Assembly (NCBI GenBank): GCA_027488265.1
Contig: JAIYCA010000301.1
Location: 1 to 38,348 of the forward strand
DNA: 38,348 nucleotides
DNA from: Planctomycetaceae bacterium
Lineage (GTDB): Bacteria; Planctomycetota; Phycisphaerae; Phycisphaerales; SM1A02
Direction of reading: 5' to 3'
The position numbers and the translations under genes were made by a program. The notes beneath the pieces were generated by a model, which was given only the letters and a program-made list of their open reading frames with translations, ran no database searches and was not told the origin of the DNA. Positions 23,405-31,762 of the stretch are shown here, in pieces. Each line of letters begins with the position of its first letter. Positions within the stretch are counted from its first letter, which is position 1.

Positions 23405-24022
23405 ATGATGAACTCCCTGCGCCTAGTGCGTTCTGCGCACGCGGGTGTGGGCGATGTAGACGTGCGCATGATGCAGCGCGCGATTCTGCTTGCCCGCTCA
23501 GCCGCGCTCGCTGGCGAAGTACCAATCGCCGCGGTGATTTACCGTGGAGATGAGGTCATCGCTGAAGCGGCCAACACCCGCGAACGCGAAGCGGATCCAA
23601 CCGGACACGCCGAGATCGTCGCCATCCGCGAGGCTGGCCGAAAGCTCGGCGAGTGGCGACTCGAAGGTTGCTCGATGGCCGTGACGCTCGAACCGTGCCC
23701 GATGTGCGCTGGTGCGGCCGTCAATGCGCGCCTCGCGAAACTCGTCTACGGCGCGACCGATCCGAAGGCCGGCGCGTGCGAAACGCTCTTCAATATTCCA
23801 TCCGATACGCGGCTCAATCACCGCTGCGAAATGCACGGCGGCGTTTTGTCGAACCAGTGTGTTGAGTTGTTGCGCGCGTTCTTCCGTGAACGTCGCGCGG
23901 AACAGAAGCGCGCGAAAGAAGCAACGCGTGCAGCCGATGCCGCGCGCGAAGTTCGAACGACTGCGTCCCCTCAAGTTTCATCTGCTGAAACTTCATCGAA
24001 CGCGAAACGTCGCAGTGCGTGA
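23405..24022 (+). CDS. tadA: tRNA-specific adenosine deaminase
   Basis: CDA-fold zinc motifs HAEIVAIREA and PCPMCAGA. The longest ORF starts at a GTG at 23312 overlapping the tatC stop. I prefer the ATG at 23405 (23468 is also possible). Basic C-terminal tail. Confidence 0.85.
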   Translation: MMNSLRLVRSAHAGVGDVDVRMMQRAILLARSAALAGEVPIAAVIYRGDEVIAEAANTREREADPTGHAEIVAIREAGRKLGEWRLEGCSMAVTLEPCPMCAGAAVNARLAKLVYGATDPKAGACETLFNIPSDTRLNHRCEMHGGVLSNQCVELLRAFFRERRAEQKRAKEATRAADAAREVRTTASPQVSSAETSSNAKRRSA

Positions 24023-24150
24023 GTTCCGGCATGATGACCTGTGACGCGCGATGACGTTTCGACGCGCGTGCACACCGTTCTACTCCGTACATCTGCCGCA
24101 ACCCTCCGGCACACTTGCCAACGCCCCACGCCCTGCCCCACGAGATTTCC

Positions 24151-24792
24151 ATGGTTGCACGTCATCCTGTTCGACTTGTCTGCGTTGATCTCGGCGGTGT
24201 TGTGATTCGCATTCGTCGTTCACTCGAAGAAGCACTCCACGCGGCGGGCGTTCCTGGCTACATCCTCGAGTCGATCACCGAAGAAGAACGCCGCGATGTG
24301 CGCGCGCATGCGTCGCGTCATCAACGCGGCGAACATGACTACCTCGCGTTTGTCGAGCGCGCTTATGACGTACTTGGCGGCCGCATTTCCCGCGAAATAC
24401 TGCTTGCAGCACACGACGCGATTCTCGCCGACGAATATCCCGGTGTCGCACACGCGCTCGGCGCGATTCGCGCGGCGGGTGCAACGACAGCGTGTCTCTC
24501 GAACACCAACGATCGCCATTGGGACGCACTCGTTCGATTGCCTGCGTTCGAAGCGATTGAGCATCGTCACGCGTCACATCTCTTCGGCCTCGAGAAACCC
24601 GGAAGCGAGATCTATCGCGCGTTTGAACGCGCGGTCGGCGCGTCGAGTGAAGAGATCCTCTTTCTCGATGATCTCCCCGAGAATTGCACTGCGGCGCAGA
24701 GTTACGGCTGGCACGCGGTGCGCATCGATCATGAGCGCGATACGGCGGCGCAGATCATCGCGGCCGCGCGCGCGTATGGCGTCGCGGTGTGA
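24151..24792 (+). CDS. HAD-superfamily hydrolase (subfamily IA-like)
   Basis: Motif I-like VCVDLGGVV, motif II-like LSNTN, and FLDDLPEN (motif IV Asp pair). ATG at 24151 preferred over TTG at 24115. Confidence 0.7.
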   Translation: MVARHPVRLVCVDLGGVVIRIRRSLEEALHAAGVPGYILESITEEERRDVRAHASRHQRGEHDYLAFVERAYDVLGGRISREILLAAHDAILADEYPGVAHALGAIRAAGATTACLSNTNDRHWDALVRLPAFEAIEHRHASHLFGLEKPGSEIYRAFERAVGASSEEILFLDDLPENCTAAQSYGWHAVRIDHERDTAAQIIAAARAYGVAV

Positions 24793-24834
24793 TGGTGCCA
24801 AGTTGGTGCCGTGTTGGTGCACAGTTGTGCAACG
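24791..24834. repeat. 11-nt tandem repeat (3 copies plus 1 degenerate) starting at the HAD stop codon
   Basis: gatggtgccaa / gttggtgccgt / gttggtgcaca / gttgtgcaacg read directly. Confidence 0.7.
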
Positions 24835-24898
24835 CGCAGCTTTGATGAGCACTTTGTTCGTGGCCTGAAGCGCTATCAAAAAAATTTATTGCGCGCAC

Positions 24899-24926
24899 TT
24901 GACAGATATAGTTTTGCGAGTAGCGT
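24899..24926 (+). promoter_or_regulatory. Sigma-70-like promoter candidate for the lower-GC gene pair
   Basis: TTGACA (24899-24904), 16-nt spacer, then TAGCGT (24921-24926). Preceded by the AT tract ATCAAAAAAATTTATT. Followed by GAGGGG 8 nt before the ATG at 24971. The -10 element is weak. Confidence 0.3.
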
Positions 24927-24970
24927 TTTACTTCAGTGCGCAATTCACTTTGATTTGAGGGGATGGTGAA

Positions 24971-26971
24971 ATGACGACAGTTCGGCGCTTGCCATTTGTC
25001 GGAGTTCGACAGGTATCTACCGCAGGGATATCTTTCACTAGGAGCACGAAGTCGCGGGGAACAACCGTATTAGGCGGTGACACCAAAACGCCGACGGCAC
25101 CCGTGGAACAGGCCCCGATTCCGTTTTGGGCCAAATCAGTCGTGGCAGGCTCGCTTTTGGCTTCCGGCGGCTTAGTCCACGCGGCTCCAGATGTGCTGCC
25201 AGGCGTGAAGCAGTACGAAGTTCTAGTGCCTTCGTTTATCGTCGATCCAAATGGGTCTCTAGGGTCGGAGGTGATCGACTCTGCCAAGAACATGCTTGGC
25301 GACATCTCGGATCGCGGTATGGCTGCCGGCAGAATTGAATTGAATACCGCAGGACTCCGAGCATTTGTTTGGTCATTCAACCCGCACTTCGGCGTGGAGC
25401 CCTTCACGACCTCTTGGCTGCCGCTTCCAGCCGATGGAGCAGGTCAGCTTTTCTCTACCTGCGAGGCGTTTGATGTCAGTGAGTATGGAGTTGTCGCGGG
25501 AGGAGCGGGGGATATCGCATCCCTCTCGTCTAGTGGGACGGATTCATCTGATTGGAGTGCTCGCGGAGTTCTATGGCGACTGCCCACAAGCGCGAGTGAA
25601 TCCATCACTTGGCAGCGTATTGATCCTCCAAACGACGAACTACACGGAATGTGGCCGCAGTCCCAGTACGGCGTCACAATCTTAGAGGCAATATCTGCTG
25701 AACTGCCGCTCCGCGCAGTCGGTTTCGCAGGCTCCGTCTTCTCGTGTTCAGGTAGCTTTGGAAGTGGGCGACCCGCCGTGTTCGCTGTGAGTTTCGCCGC
25801 GAATAGTTCGCTTCCAGAGTATTGGACTGATATCGAAGCTCGCCCAGATGGAAATGGCGCAGTGAAGTCGAGACTATTGGGTATTTCTCGAGACGGTGAG
25901 TTTCTGGTGGGCGCCCAGAACAGATCCCTTGGCTGCGAAGTCGACCCAGCGCCGAACGGAATCCCATGTGCTCCAACACGTTGGGATCGATCGTATGTGG
26001 GGGATCCGACATCCCTCACGCCGACCACCTTGGAATGCGCCGTTCCAGGAACCGAGCGCATTACATCGGAGATTCGCGCCGTGAGCCGCCTATCGGAAAC
26101 TTCTACTGAGGGATTAGGAGTCGGGCATGTCATGCGATTCGATGAGGGGCCTTTGGGTCGGTTTCCCCATGCATGGAAGTTCCCACTTGTCGCGACAGAC
26201 CCCGAAGGACCGCAAGCAGAGCCGCTGCTTCTTCCGCCGCCGCCAAACTCCGGCGGTGTCTACGGACTCGTCGACGATATCGAGCGCGCTCGCTGGCTCA
26301 ATGGAGCTTCGCGGGTACCGTTTCATTTGGCGGTTGGTGAGTCAAAAGCGGCCGATGCAGTTGCCCTTGAGACTTCGGGAACTCTCTGGTTCTGGTCGGG
26401 CGAGTCTTGGCACAACAACGCTTGGACGAGTATCGACGTAAACTCGCCTGGCGTTCTCACTGATGGCTGGAAACAGAGCGAATCCGACAGGGTCATTCGC
26501 ATTCGGGGAGTCAATCAGTGGGGGGACTGCACTGGGACCGCCGTGATCGCGGGGGTTCGCCGACCGGTCGTGCTTCGGGCAGTTCGTCTCATCGGTGATT
26601 TGGATGTCAATGATTGTGTGGAAGCGTCAGACCTCGCTCTACTCCTAGGAGCTTGGTGCATCGAAGAGAATTGCGACGCCTCGAAGTTTGCGTTTGACCT
26701 GAATCGCGATGGTTCCGTGGGAGCGGCTGACTTGTCGCTCTTGCTCGCCAATTGGGGTTCGGGTTCGGGTTGTCAGGCTGGTGCGATCGAATCACCAGTA
26801 CCAATCTTGGTCGCAGCTGCCTCCAAGTCAAATGTTGACTTTGCTGCAGACTTTCTCGGGTTGCAGGATATCGATGGTTACCGTCGTTGGTCCGCCACCG
26901 CTCCGCCGATCGCGGTTGCGATCGTGGATGAAGTGCTATGGATTATCGCCAAGAGCCGCCAATCCGAGTGA
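24971..26971 (+). CDS. Secreted HAF-like repeat protein with C-terminal dockerin-like (EF-hand type) module
   Basis: 666 aa. Signal-like segment (WAKSVVAGSLLASGGLVHA). Six to seven repeats of the pattern [S/N]-x-x-G-x-x-x-G ... aromatic-W (DISDRGMAAGRIE..RAFVWS; DVSEYGVVAGGAG..GVLWRL; ISRDGEFLVGAQ; FPHAWKF; GTLWFWSG; VNQWGDCTGTAVI). C-terminal DLDVNDCVEASDLALLLGAW ... [21 protein letters not shown]. Shine-Dalgarno-like GAGGGG upstream. Confidence 0.55.
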   Translation: MTTVRRLPFVGVRQVSTAGISFTRSTKSRGTTVLGGDTKTPTAPVEQAPIPFWAKSVVAGSLLASGGLVHAAPDVLPGVKQYEVLVPSFIVDPNGSLGSEVIDSAKNMLGDISDRGMAAGRIELNTAGLRAFVWSFNPHFGVEPFTTSWLPLPADGAGQLFSTCEAFDVSEYGVVAGGAGDIASLSSSGTDSSDWSARGVLWRLPTSASESITWQRIDPPNDELHGMWPQSQYGVTILEAISAELPLRAVGFAGSVFSCSGSFGSGRPAVFAVSFAANSSLPEYWTDIEARPDGNGAVKSRLLGISRDGEFLVGAQNRSLGCEVDPAPNGIPCAPTRWDRSYVGDPTSLTPTTLECAVPGTERITSEIRAVSRLSETSTEGLGVGHVMRFDEGPLGRFPHAWKFPLVATDPEGPQAEPLLLPPPPNSGGVYGLVDDIERARWLNGASRVPFHLAVGESKAADAVALETSGTLWFWSGESWHNNAWTSIDVNSPGVLTDGWKQSESDRVIRIRGVNQWGDCTGTAVIAGVRRPVVLRAVRLIGDLDVNDCVEASDLALLLGAWCIEENCDASKFAFDLNRDGSVGAADLSLLLANWGSGSGCQAGAIESPVPILVAAASKSNVDFAADFLGLQDIDGYRRWSATAPPIAVAIVDEVLWIIAKSRQSE

Positions 26972-27053
26972 TGATCCTGAAGAGATCATTCGTTCTGCAC
27001 TCTGTTTCCATTCGTTCAGCCGCGACTGTTGACCAGTCTCTAAGGGAGTACAC

Positions 27054-27836
27054 ATGACTGCCTTTGTTCAGCGAGCGTTTCTACCCCGCCCTTCGTGTCC
27101 ATTCCCCAACAACTTCGTTTTGGTGTCGTCTCATACAGCCCCCGCTCTTTTGTCTGTTTGGGTCGTCGGCTTGCTTGCTGCAAACTATGCGACAACCTCA
27201 ACTGCTGACGCCGCCATTCAAGGCTTTGGGAATCGGGCAGCTTGGGAAGCGGCCCAAACGAGTGCTAGTGGGTCGGAAGGTGGTGTGAGGTTCAGTTCCT
27301 TTGAGACTTCCGATGTACCTCTCGGCGCCTTCGGAATTCCACAATGGAATCACTGGGAGAATCAAGGAGTTCGATTTACGAACCTGTTCGCGGCCACTGG
27401 GGTGGTGACGGGTGACATCACAAACCAATACGGATTCAACCTCGCGGAGAGTTGGGGTGTCGATCCATCCACACGCGCACTGCGGTGCCATTACGACTGG
27501 ATGGATTTCGAGGTTACGGGTGAGGCGAATGCCGTTGCCATCGAGCTCGCCACAACCCACGTCAACTTGAATATCTGGGTTGTTGCCGTGAACCCCGGCC
27601 AGGGAGGGTTGGTGTCCATTCCTTACGACCCGACGCCTCAGTTCTACACCGGATTTTTCGGCGTCGTCGCACCGGGGCCTATCAAGAAGATCTACATAAC
27701 AATCGGAGGCTACGACGCGGGCGACAACGTTTTGTCGTATGTGAAGAGTTTCTCCTTTGGAAACCCGATTCCGACCCCTGCGACTGCAGTTGTCTTGCTT
27801 GGCGCGTGCTTGAAGCCATTTCGCCGACGACGTTGA
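27054..27836 (+). CDS. Secreted protein of unknown function with PEP-CTERM-like C-terminal sorting tail
   Basis: 260 aa. Strong AAGGGAG 5 nt before the ATG. Signal peptide (ALLSVWVVGLLAANYATTSTADA). C-terminus is IPTP-ATAVVLLGACL-KPFRRRR, that is a Pro-x-Pro motif, a hydrophobic helix and an Arg cluster. Confidence 0.55.
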   Translation: MTAFVQRAFLPRPSCPFPNNFVLVSSHTAPALLSVWVVGLLAANYATTSTADAAIQGFGNRAAWEAAQTSASGSEGGVRFSSFETSDVPLGAFGIPQWNHWENQGVRFTNLFAATGVVTGDITNQYGFNLAESWGVDPSTRALRCHYDWMDFEVTGEANAVAIELATTHVNLNIWVVAVNPGQGGLVSIPYDPTPQFYTGFFGVVAPGPIKKIYITIGGYDAGDNVLSYVKSFSFGNPIPTPATAVVLLGACLKPFRRRR

Positions 27837-27871
27837 TGAACACACGCTGCCCAAGCTGCTGGTCCAATCGT

Positions 27872-29317
27872 TCAATCCACGCCAAAACCAAGCAACTCGC
27901 GGCAAAGCACCGTCGCGAACGCGCCCTTCGGCAAATCGAACGCGAGCCGAATGAACGCGCCGTGGAGATCAACGCCCGCATCGATTTCCCAGTTCGAAAC
28001 TTCAATCCGAAACGGACGACGCGCACCAAGTGCTTCAAGCGCCGGTGGCGCGAAAAGGCCTTCATTGGCACCGACAAGCGCGAGTGCCTCGTGTTCGTAC
28101 CGGAGCGCGTCACCCGACGCTTCGACCATCGACGGGCCGTGCACTGGCCCCGTTGGTGAAACCTCGCGCTCGAGACAACGCGTGCGTTCGCGTGCGAGAT
28201 CTGCTTCGCTGATATCCGCAGGCACGCGGAAAATGCTCGCGGTTCCAGCGAGCATCGCAACGTCGCCCGGCAGAATCGTCGCGTACGTTTGATCGCGAAT
28301 CCGTGCAGCGAGGGTCGCGTTGTAAACCGCGCCTTGGAGCGCGCTCATCCAAAAACTCTTGATATGCGCGGGAATCGCGCGCACCGCACCGGCGGCGTCG
28401 CGTCCACGAGCAAGTGAGCGCATCGCGACGAGTTCCGCGGGATCGTGCAATTTCCATCGGCGCGCGCCATCTTCAAACGCACCACTTTCGTACATCTCGC
28501 GTTGCTCGCGTTGATGCGGCGGAAATGGCGTGCCGTGCGCACCAAGCAACTCATCGAGCACCGCTTGCCACTCGCCGCGCGCATACAGAAGCCCAAGCAA
28601 GTGACTGTTCACGCGGTAGCCGAAGCGCTGCTCGCCGTAGTAATCGGGTGCGCCAGAACGCGCGACTTCTTCCATGCGGCGCTTCACCGTACGCACCGCG
28701 AGTGGATCAACACCACGGACGCGAATGGCAAACCGATTCCCCTTCAAGTGCCCGCGACGCAATTTGTTCTGGTGGCGCATCGCCCACATCACAGCGAGCC
28801 GTTCGTGGCGCAGCTCACCAACGGGACGATCTTTCGGAAGATGAATCGAAACGGTCTGCTGCGTGACCGCGACGCGATCTTTCATGCCTGCGAATCCGAT
28901 CGCCGACTCTTCCACATTGAAGTGGCGACACAAAAGCGACAGCATTTCGCTGTGCGGCATGTTGGTCTTCTGGATGCCGAGATAAAGATGCTCGCCTTCG
29001 CCGCACGGCGCGTAGAGCGGAATCTCTTCGACGAGAAAATCCTCCGCGCGCTCTTTGAGGCGGCCACCGATGGGTGGCTCGCTCGACGCGCGCGGACCTG
29101 GCCGCGGATCGAATCGCACGCACGGTTCACCAAGCGTGATCCAATCGGCGGGCAGCGTGAATCCGCACGCTGGATGGAAAGCCAAGGGCGCGTTGCGCGA
29201 CGTGCGTGCGTCAGAAGCGCGTGCGTCGGACTCGCGCGCATTTCCCTGCCCCGCGTTTGTTTTTTGCGCGCCTTGCGATTCTCCGCCTGCGTCCGCCGTT
29301 CCGGCCTCAATCGTCAT
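27872..29317 (-). CDS. truD: tRNA pseudouridine synthase D
   Basis: TruD motifs FLVEEIPLYAPCGEGEHLYLGIQK and GFAGMKDRVAVTQQ (catalytic Asp). Low-complexity N-terminus. ATG at 29317 preferred over the TTG at 29338; either start overlaps the upstream gene. Confidence 0.8.
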   Translation of the reverse strand: MTIEAGTADAGGESQGAQKTNAGQGNARESDARASDARTSRNAPLAFHPACGFTLPADWITLGEPCVRFDPRPGPRASSEPPIGGRLKERAEDFLVEEIPLYAPCGEGEHLYLGIQKTNMPHSEMLSLLCRHFNVEESAIGFAGMKDRVAVTQQTVSIHLPKDRPVGELRHERLAVMWAMRHQNKLRRGHLKGNRFAIRVRGVDPLAVRTVKRRMEEVARSGAPDYYGEQRFGYRVNSHLLGLLYARGEWQAVLDELLGAHGTPFPPHQREQREMYESGAFEDGARRWKLHDPAELVAMRSLARGRDAAGAVRAIPAHIKSFWMSALQGAVYNATLAARIRDQTYATILPGDVAMLAGTASIFRVPADISEADLARERTRCLEREVSPTGPVHGPSMVEASGDALRYEHEALALVGANEGLFAPPALEALGARRPFRIEVSNWEIDAGVDLHGAFIRLAFDLPKGAFATVLCRELLGFGVD

Positions 29318-29771
29318 CGTCGCCCTCGCCTGCCTCAATCGGCGGCTCGATATCGGGCCGCTCTTCCGCGCTCTCTTCTAGTACCTCTTCGGCAACCTCG
29401 ATCGGCACATGGCAGCCGACCGACAACGCGATCGCGTCGCTTGGTCGTGCGTCCAACTCGATCTCTTCACCATCGCGCACGATCACGAGGTTGGCGTAAT
29501 ACGTGCCGTTTTCGAGTCGGTGAATCACCATCCGCTCGAGCACGCCGCCGAGTGCGCGAATCGCGTTGTCTAAGAGTTCGTGCGTTTGCGGCCGTGGCGG
29601 CGTGTCACCTCGCCAACGGCGATCAATCGCAACTGCCTCGGCGGTGCCAATCTTGATGGCGAAACTGCGCGGTGCGCGGCCGGGTGCGGGAGATTGCTCG
29701 GCCAACGTAATGAACTGCTCGGCGCTTGAGTCGAGGATCAGCACACGAGCGAGTTCCATCGGAACGTTCAT
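29307..29771 (-). CDS. Bifunctional nuclease family protein (DUF151/BFN domain)
   Basis: 154 aa. RPQTHELLDNAIRALGG ... YYANLVI ... DARPSDAIALSVGCHVPIEVAEEVL matches the BFN-domain pattern. Acidic tail. Confidence 0.7.
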   Translation of the reverse strand: MNVPMELARVLILDSSAEQFITLAEQSPAPGRAPRSFAIKIGTAEAVAIDRRWRGDTPPRPQTHELLDNAIRALGGVLERMVIHRLENGTYYANLVIVRDGEEIELDARPSDAIALSVGCHVPIEVAEEVLEESAEERPDIEPPIEAGEGDDDD

Positions 29772-29861
29772 CGGGACGCCGAGGATAGCCGCGTCGATGC
29801 GCCTCGCGCGTGCTTACGACCACGACATCAACCGCGAATTCGTGATTTAGCAGTGCGGTGC

Positions 29862-31493
29862 TCACCACGCGGCAAGGAGAAGCGAAAGATCGGACGCGCC
29901 GACCATGCAATCGCCGTCAAAATCTGCTGGGCAACCATCGCAGTCGGTGCATACGCCCCACGCGGCAAGCAAGAGCGACAAGTCTGCGGCGTTCACGAAG
30001 CCATCTTGGTTGATGTCTTCCGGCACGTACGGCGGCGGCACGGCTGCAAGCGCGGCGGCAGCATCCAGTCGACCCGCGCCGAAGTAGATATCGGTGCCTG
30101 GCGTACCAAGGTCGCGCGCGGTCGACAGGAGATAGCTGCGCACTTCGTCGCGTGTGAGCGAGGGGTCGTAACTCCACAAGAGCGCGGCCACGGCGGTCAC
30201 GTGCGGCGTCGCCATGCTCGTTCCGCTCTTCAATGTGTAACCGCCAGCACCCGCTGAGAGCGACCAAACGTTGGTTCCGGGAGCGGCAATATCGGTTTCT
30301 GCGCCGTAATTGGAGTACGTCGCGCGCGCGTCACGGTTGTCGGTCGCGGCGACGGCGAGCGTTTCACTCCAACGCGCCGGAAACGCGACAAGTGAACTGT
30401 TCGAGTTGCCCGTCGCAGCGCACATCAAGACGCCTTGCGCATGCGCGTACTGCACGGCTTGCTGAAAAACCGTGCTTCCAACGTTGAATTGCAAACTCAT
30501 GTTGACGAGTTTCGCGCCTTGATCGGTCGCCCACGTGAGGCCTGCCGCGACGTTGGACTCGAATCCCGTGCAACCGTTCACGACCACCACGGGAAGCAAT
30601 TTGGCATTCCACGTCACGCCCGCGATGCCTGTGCCGTTGTTGCCCTTTGCCGCGAGAATGCCCGCAACATGCGTGCCGTGATTGCATTCGTCGGCGGTCG
30701 CGGTGTTGCCATCAGGGACGTTGAGGCCCGGCAGAATGCGTCCTGCGATCTCGGGATGTGGATCAATGCCCGAATCAAGCACGGCGATGACGAGATTCGG
30801 ATCGCCGTGGGTATACCCCCACGCAGCTGCCATTCCGATGTCTGCACCTGCAGTCCCCGCCACACCTCCGACGACTTGGCCAGTATTCCGCAGCGCGTAC
30901 TGCAGCCAGAAGTCGGTGTCGTTTGGAATCTCTGCGAGGCCACCCTCAGGGTCGCGTTCAGCGCGTTCGACGATCGCGGCTTTCGCCAATCGCGCAACCG
31001 CGGCTGAGGCATCTGCGCCCGGCGCGAGGTCGCAGCGATACCAACGATCTAAACCCAGTGCTGCCGCCGTTGCGGCGTCCTTCAAGGGCTCGACGAAGAT
31101 CGAGCGCACTCCGACGACTCCCGCTTGGGCGAGTGTGCGCGCCGAGAAGGAACTCGGCCGCATGCCAGGCTTGAGTTGGACGAGCACGTGCCGCGAGGCG
31201 TAGGTCGCGCCGTCGATCACGATCGGTGCTGCATCCTCCACGGTCGAAAGAGCGTTCGCACGGTCCTGAGACGCACCTGTCAGCGGGCCCGCGAAACCGA
31301 CCGCCGGCGTAGTCGCCAGCGTGGTCAAGAGCATGACTCCCGTGAGCGCGACAGAGAGCCCAGTGACGGCTCCAGTCACAGCGTTTGAATGCGCGGACGT
31401 ACGCAATGCGGAAACGCCACGTGCGAGCGCGCGCGGTACTGCCGTTTGGAAACCGAATCTGCGATGGGCGGGCATAGAGAACGTCTTTCGCAA
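29862..31493 (-). CDS. Secreted subtilisin-like S8 serine peptidase with C-terminal dockerin-like module
   Basis: Catalytic triad motifs [21 protein letters not shown] and [11 protein letters not shown]-terminal signal/anchor region (contains RRFGF). C-terminus is [21 protein letters not shown] ... [20 protein letters not shown]. Confidence 0.85.
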   Translation of the reverse strand: MRKTFSMPAHRRFGFQTAVPRALARGVSALRTSAHSNAVTGAVTGLSVALTGVMLLTTLATTPAVGFAGPLTGASQDRANALSTVEDAAPIVIDGATYASRHVLVQLKPGMRPSSFSARTLAQAGVVGVRSIFVEPLKDAATAAALGLDRWYRCDLAPGADASAAVARLAKAAIVERAERDPEGGLAEIPNDTDFWLQYALRNTGQVVGGVAGTAGADIGMAAAWGYTHGDPNLVIAVLDSGIDPHPEIAGRILPGLNVPDGNTATADECNHGTHVAGILAAKGNNGTGIAGVTWNAKLLPVVVVNGCTGFESNVAAGLTWATDQGAKLVNMSLQFNVGSTVFQQAVQYAHAQGVLMCAATGNSNSSLVAFPARWSETLAVAATDNRDARATYSNYGAETDIAAPGTNVWSLSAGAGGYTLKSGTSMATPHVTAVAALLWSYDPSLTRDEVRSYLLSTARDLGTPGTDIYFGAGRLDAAAALAAVPPPYVPEDINQDGFVNAADLSLLLAAWGVCTDCDGCPADFDGDCMVGASDLSLLLAAW

Positions 31494-31762
31494 CAGAATC
31501 TAACTCCCGCTTCGGCGTGGGCGAGTGCGAGGTTCCCGGAAACCGAGTGTTCGTGAAGGGTTTTTCAGTCTGTGCGGCCGCGCAAGGGCGATCGGACGGC
31601 CCACTTCGATATATTCCGCCCCTTCTCCCGAAGGTCGACACGCAGCGCGCGGCGATCAGGTCCGGGAGTTTGGTCCCTCTCGGGGCCGTTCGATCTCGAA
31701 TTCCGCGCGACATCTCTTCAGTTTCTGTCGTCCCGTTTCACACTCTTGGTATTGAGAATCGC

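Noticed and set aside
25444-26133. 229-aa and 112-aa ORFs antisense within the HAF-like gene, and a 235-aa ORF (27198-27905) antisense to the PEP-CTERM-like gene
   Set aside because: They have no ribosome-binding site, signal peptide or motifs. The plus-strand ORFs have strong Shine-Dalgarno sequences, signal peptides and domain-like repeats.
24835-27850. Calling the lower-GC segment a mobile genetic element or genomic island
   Set aside because: No integrase, transposase, tRNA target, inverted or direct terminal repeats, or phage genes are visible. Only the compositional deviation is reported as a finding.
31517-31762. Upstream extensions of ORF-track calls: metK from 31517, tatC from 22026, ptsN from 34636, cbpA from 36893, HAD from 24115, coxIV from 7102
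   Set aside because: The extensions lack family similarity, and some overlap divergent genes. Each has an internal ATG that matches the canonical N-terminus of its family.
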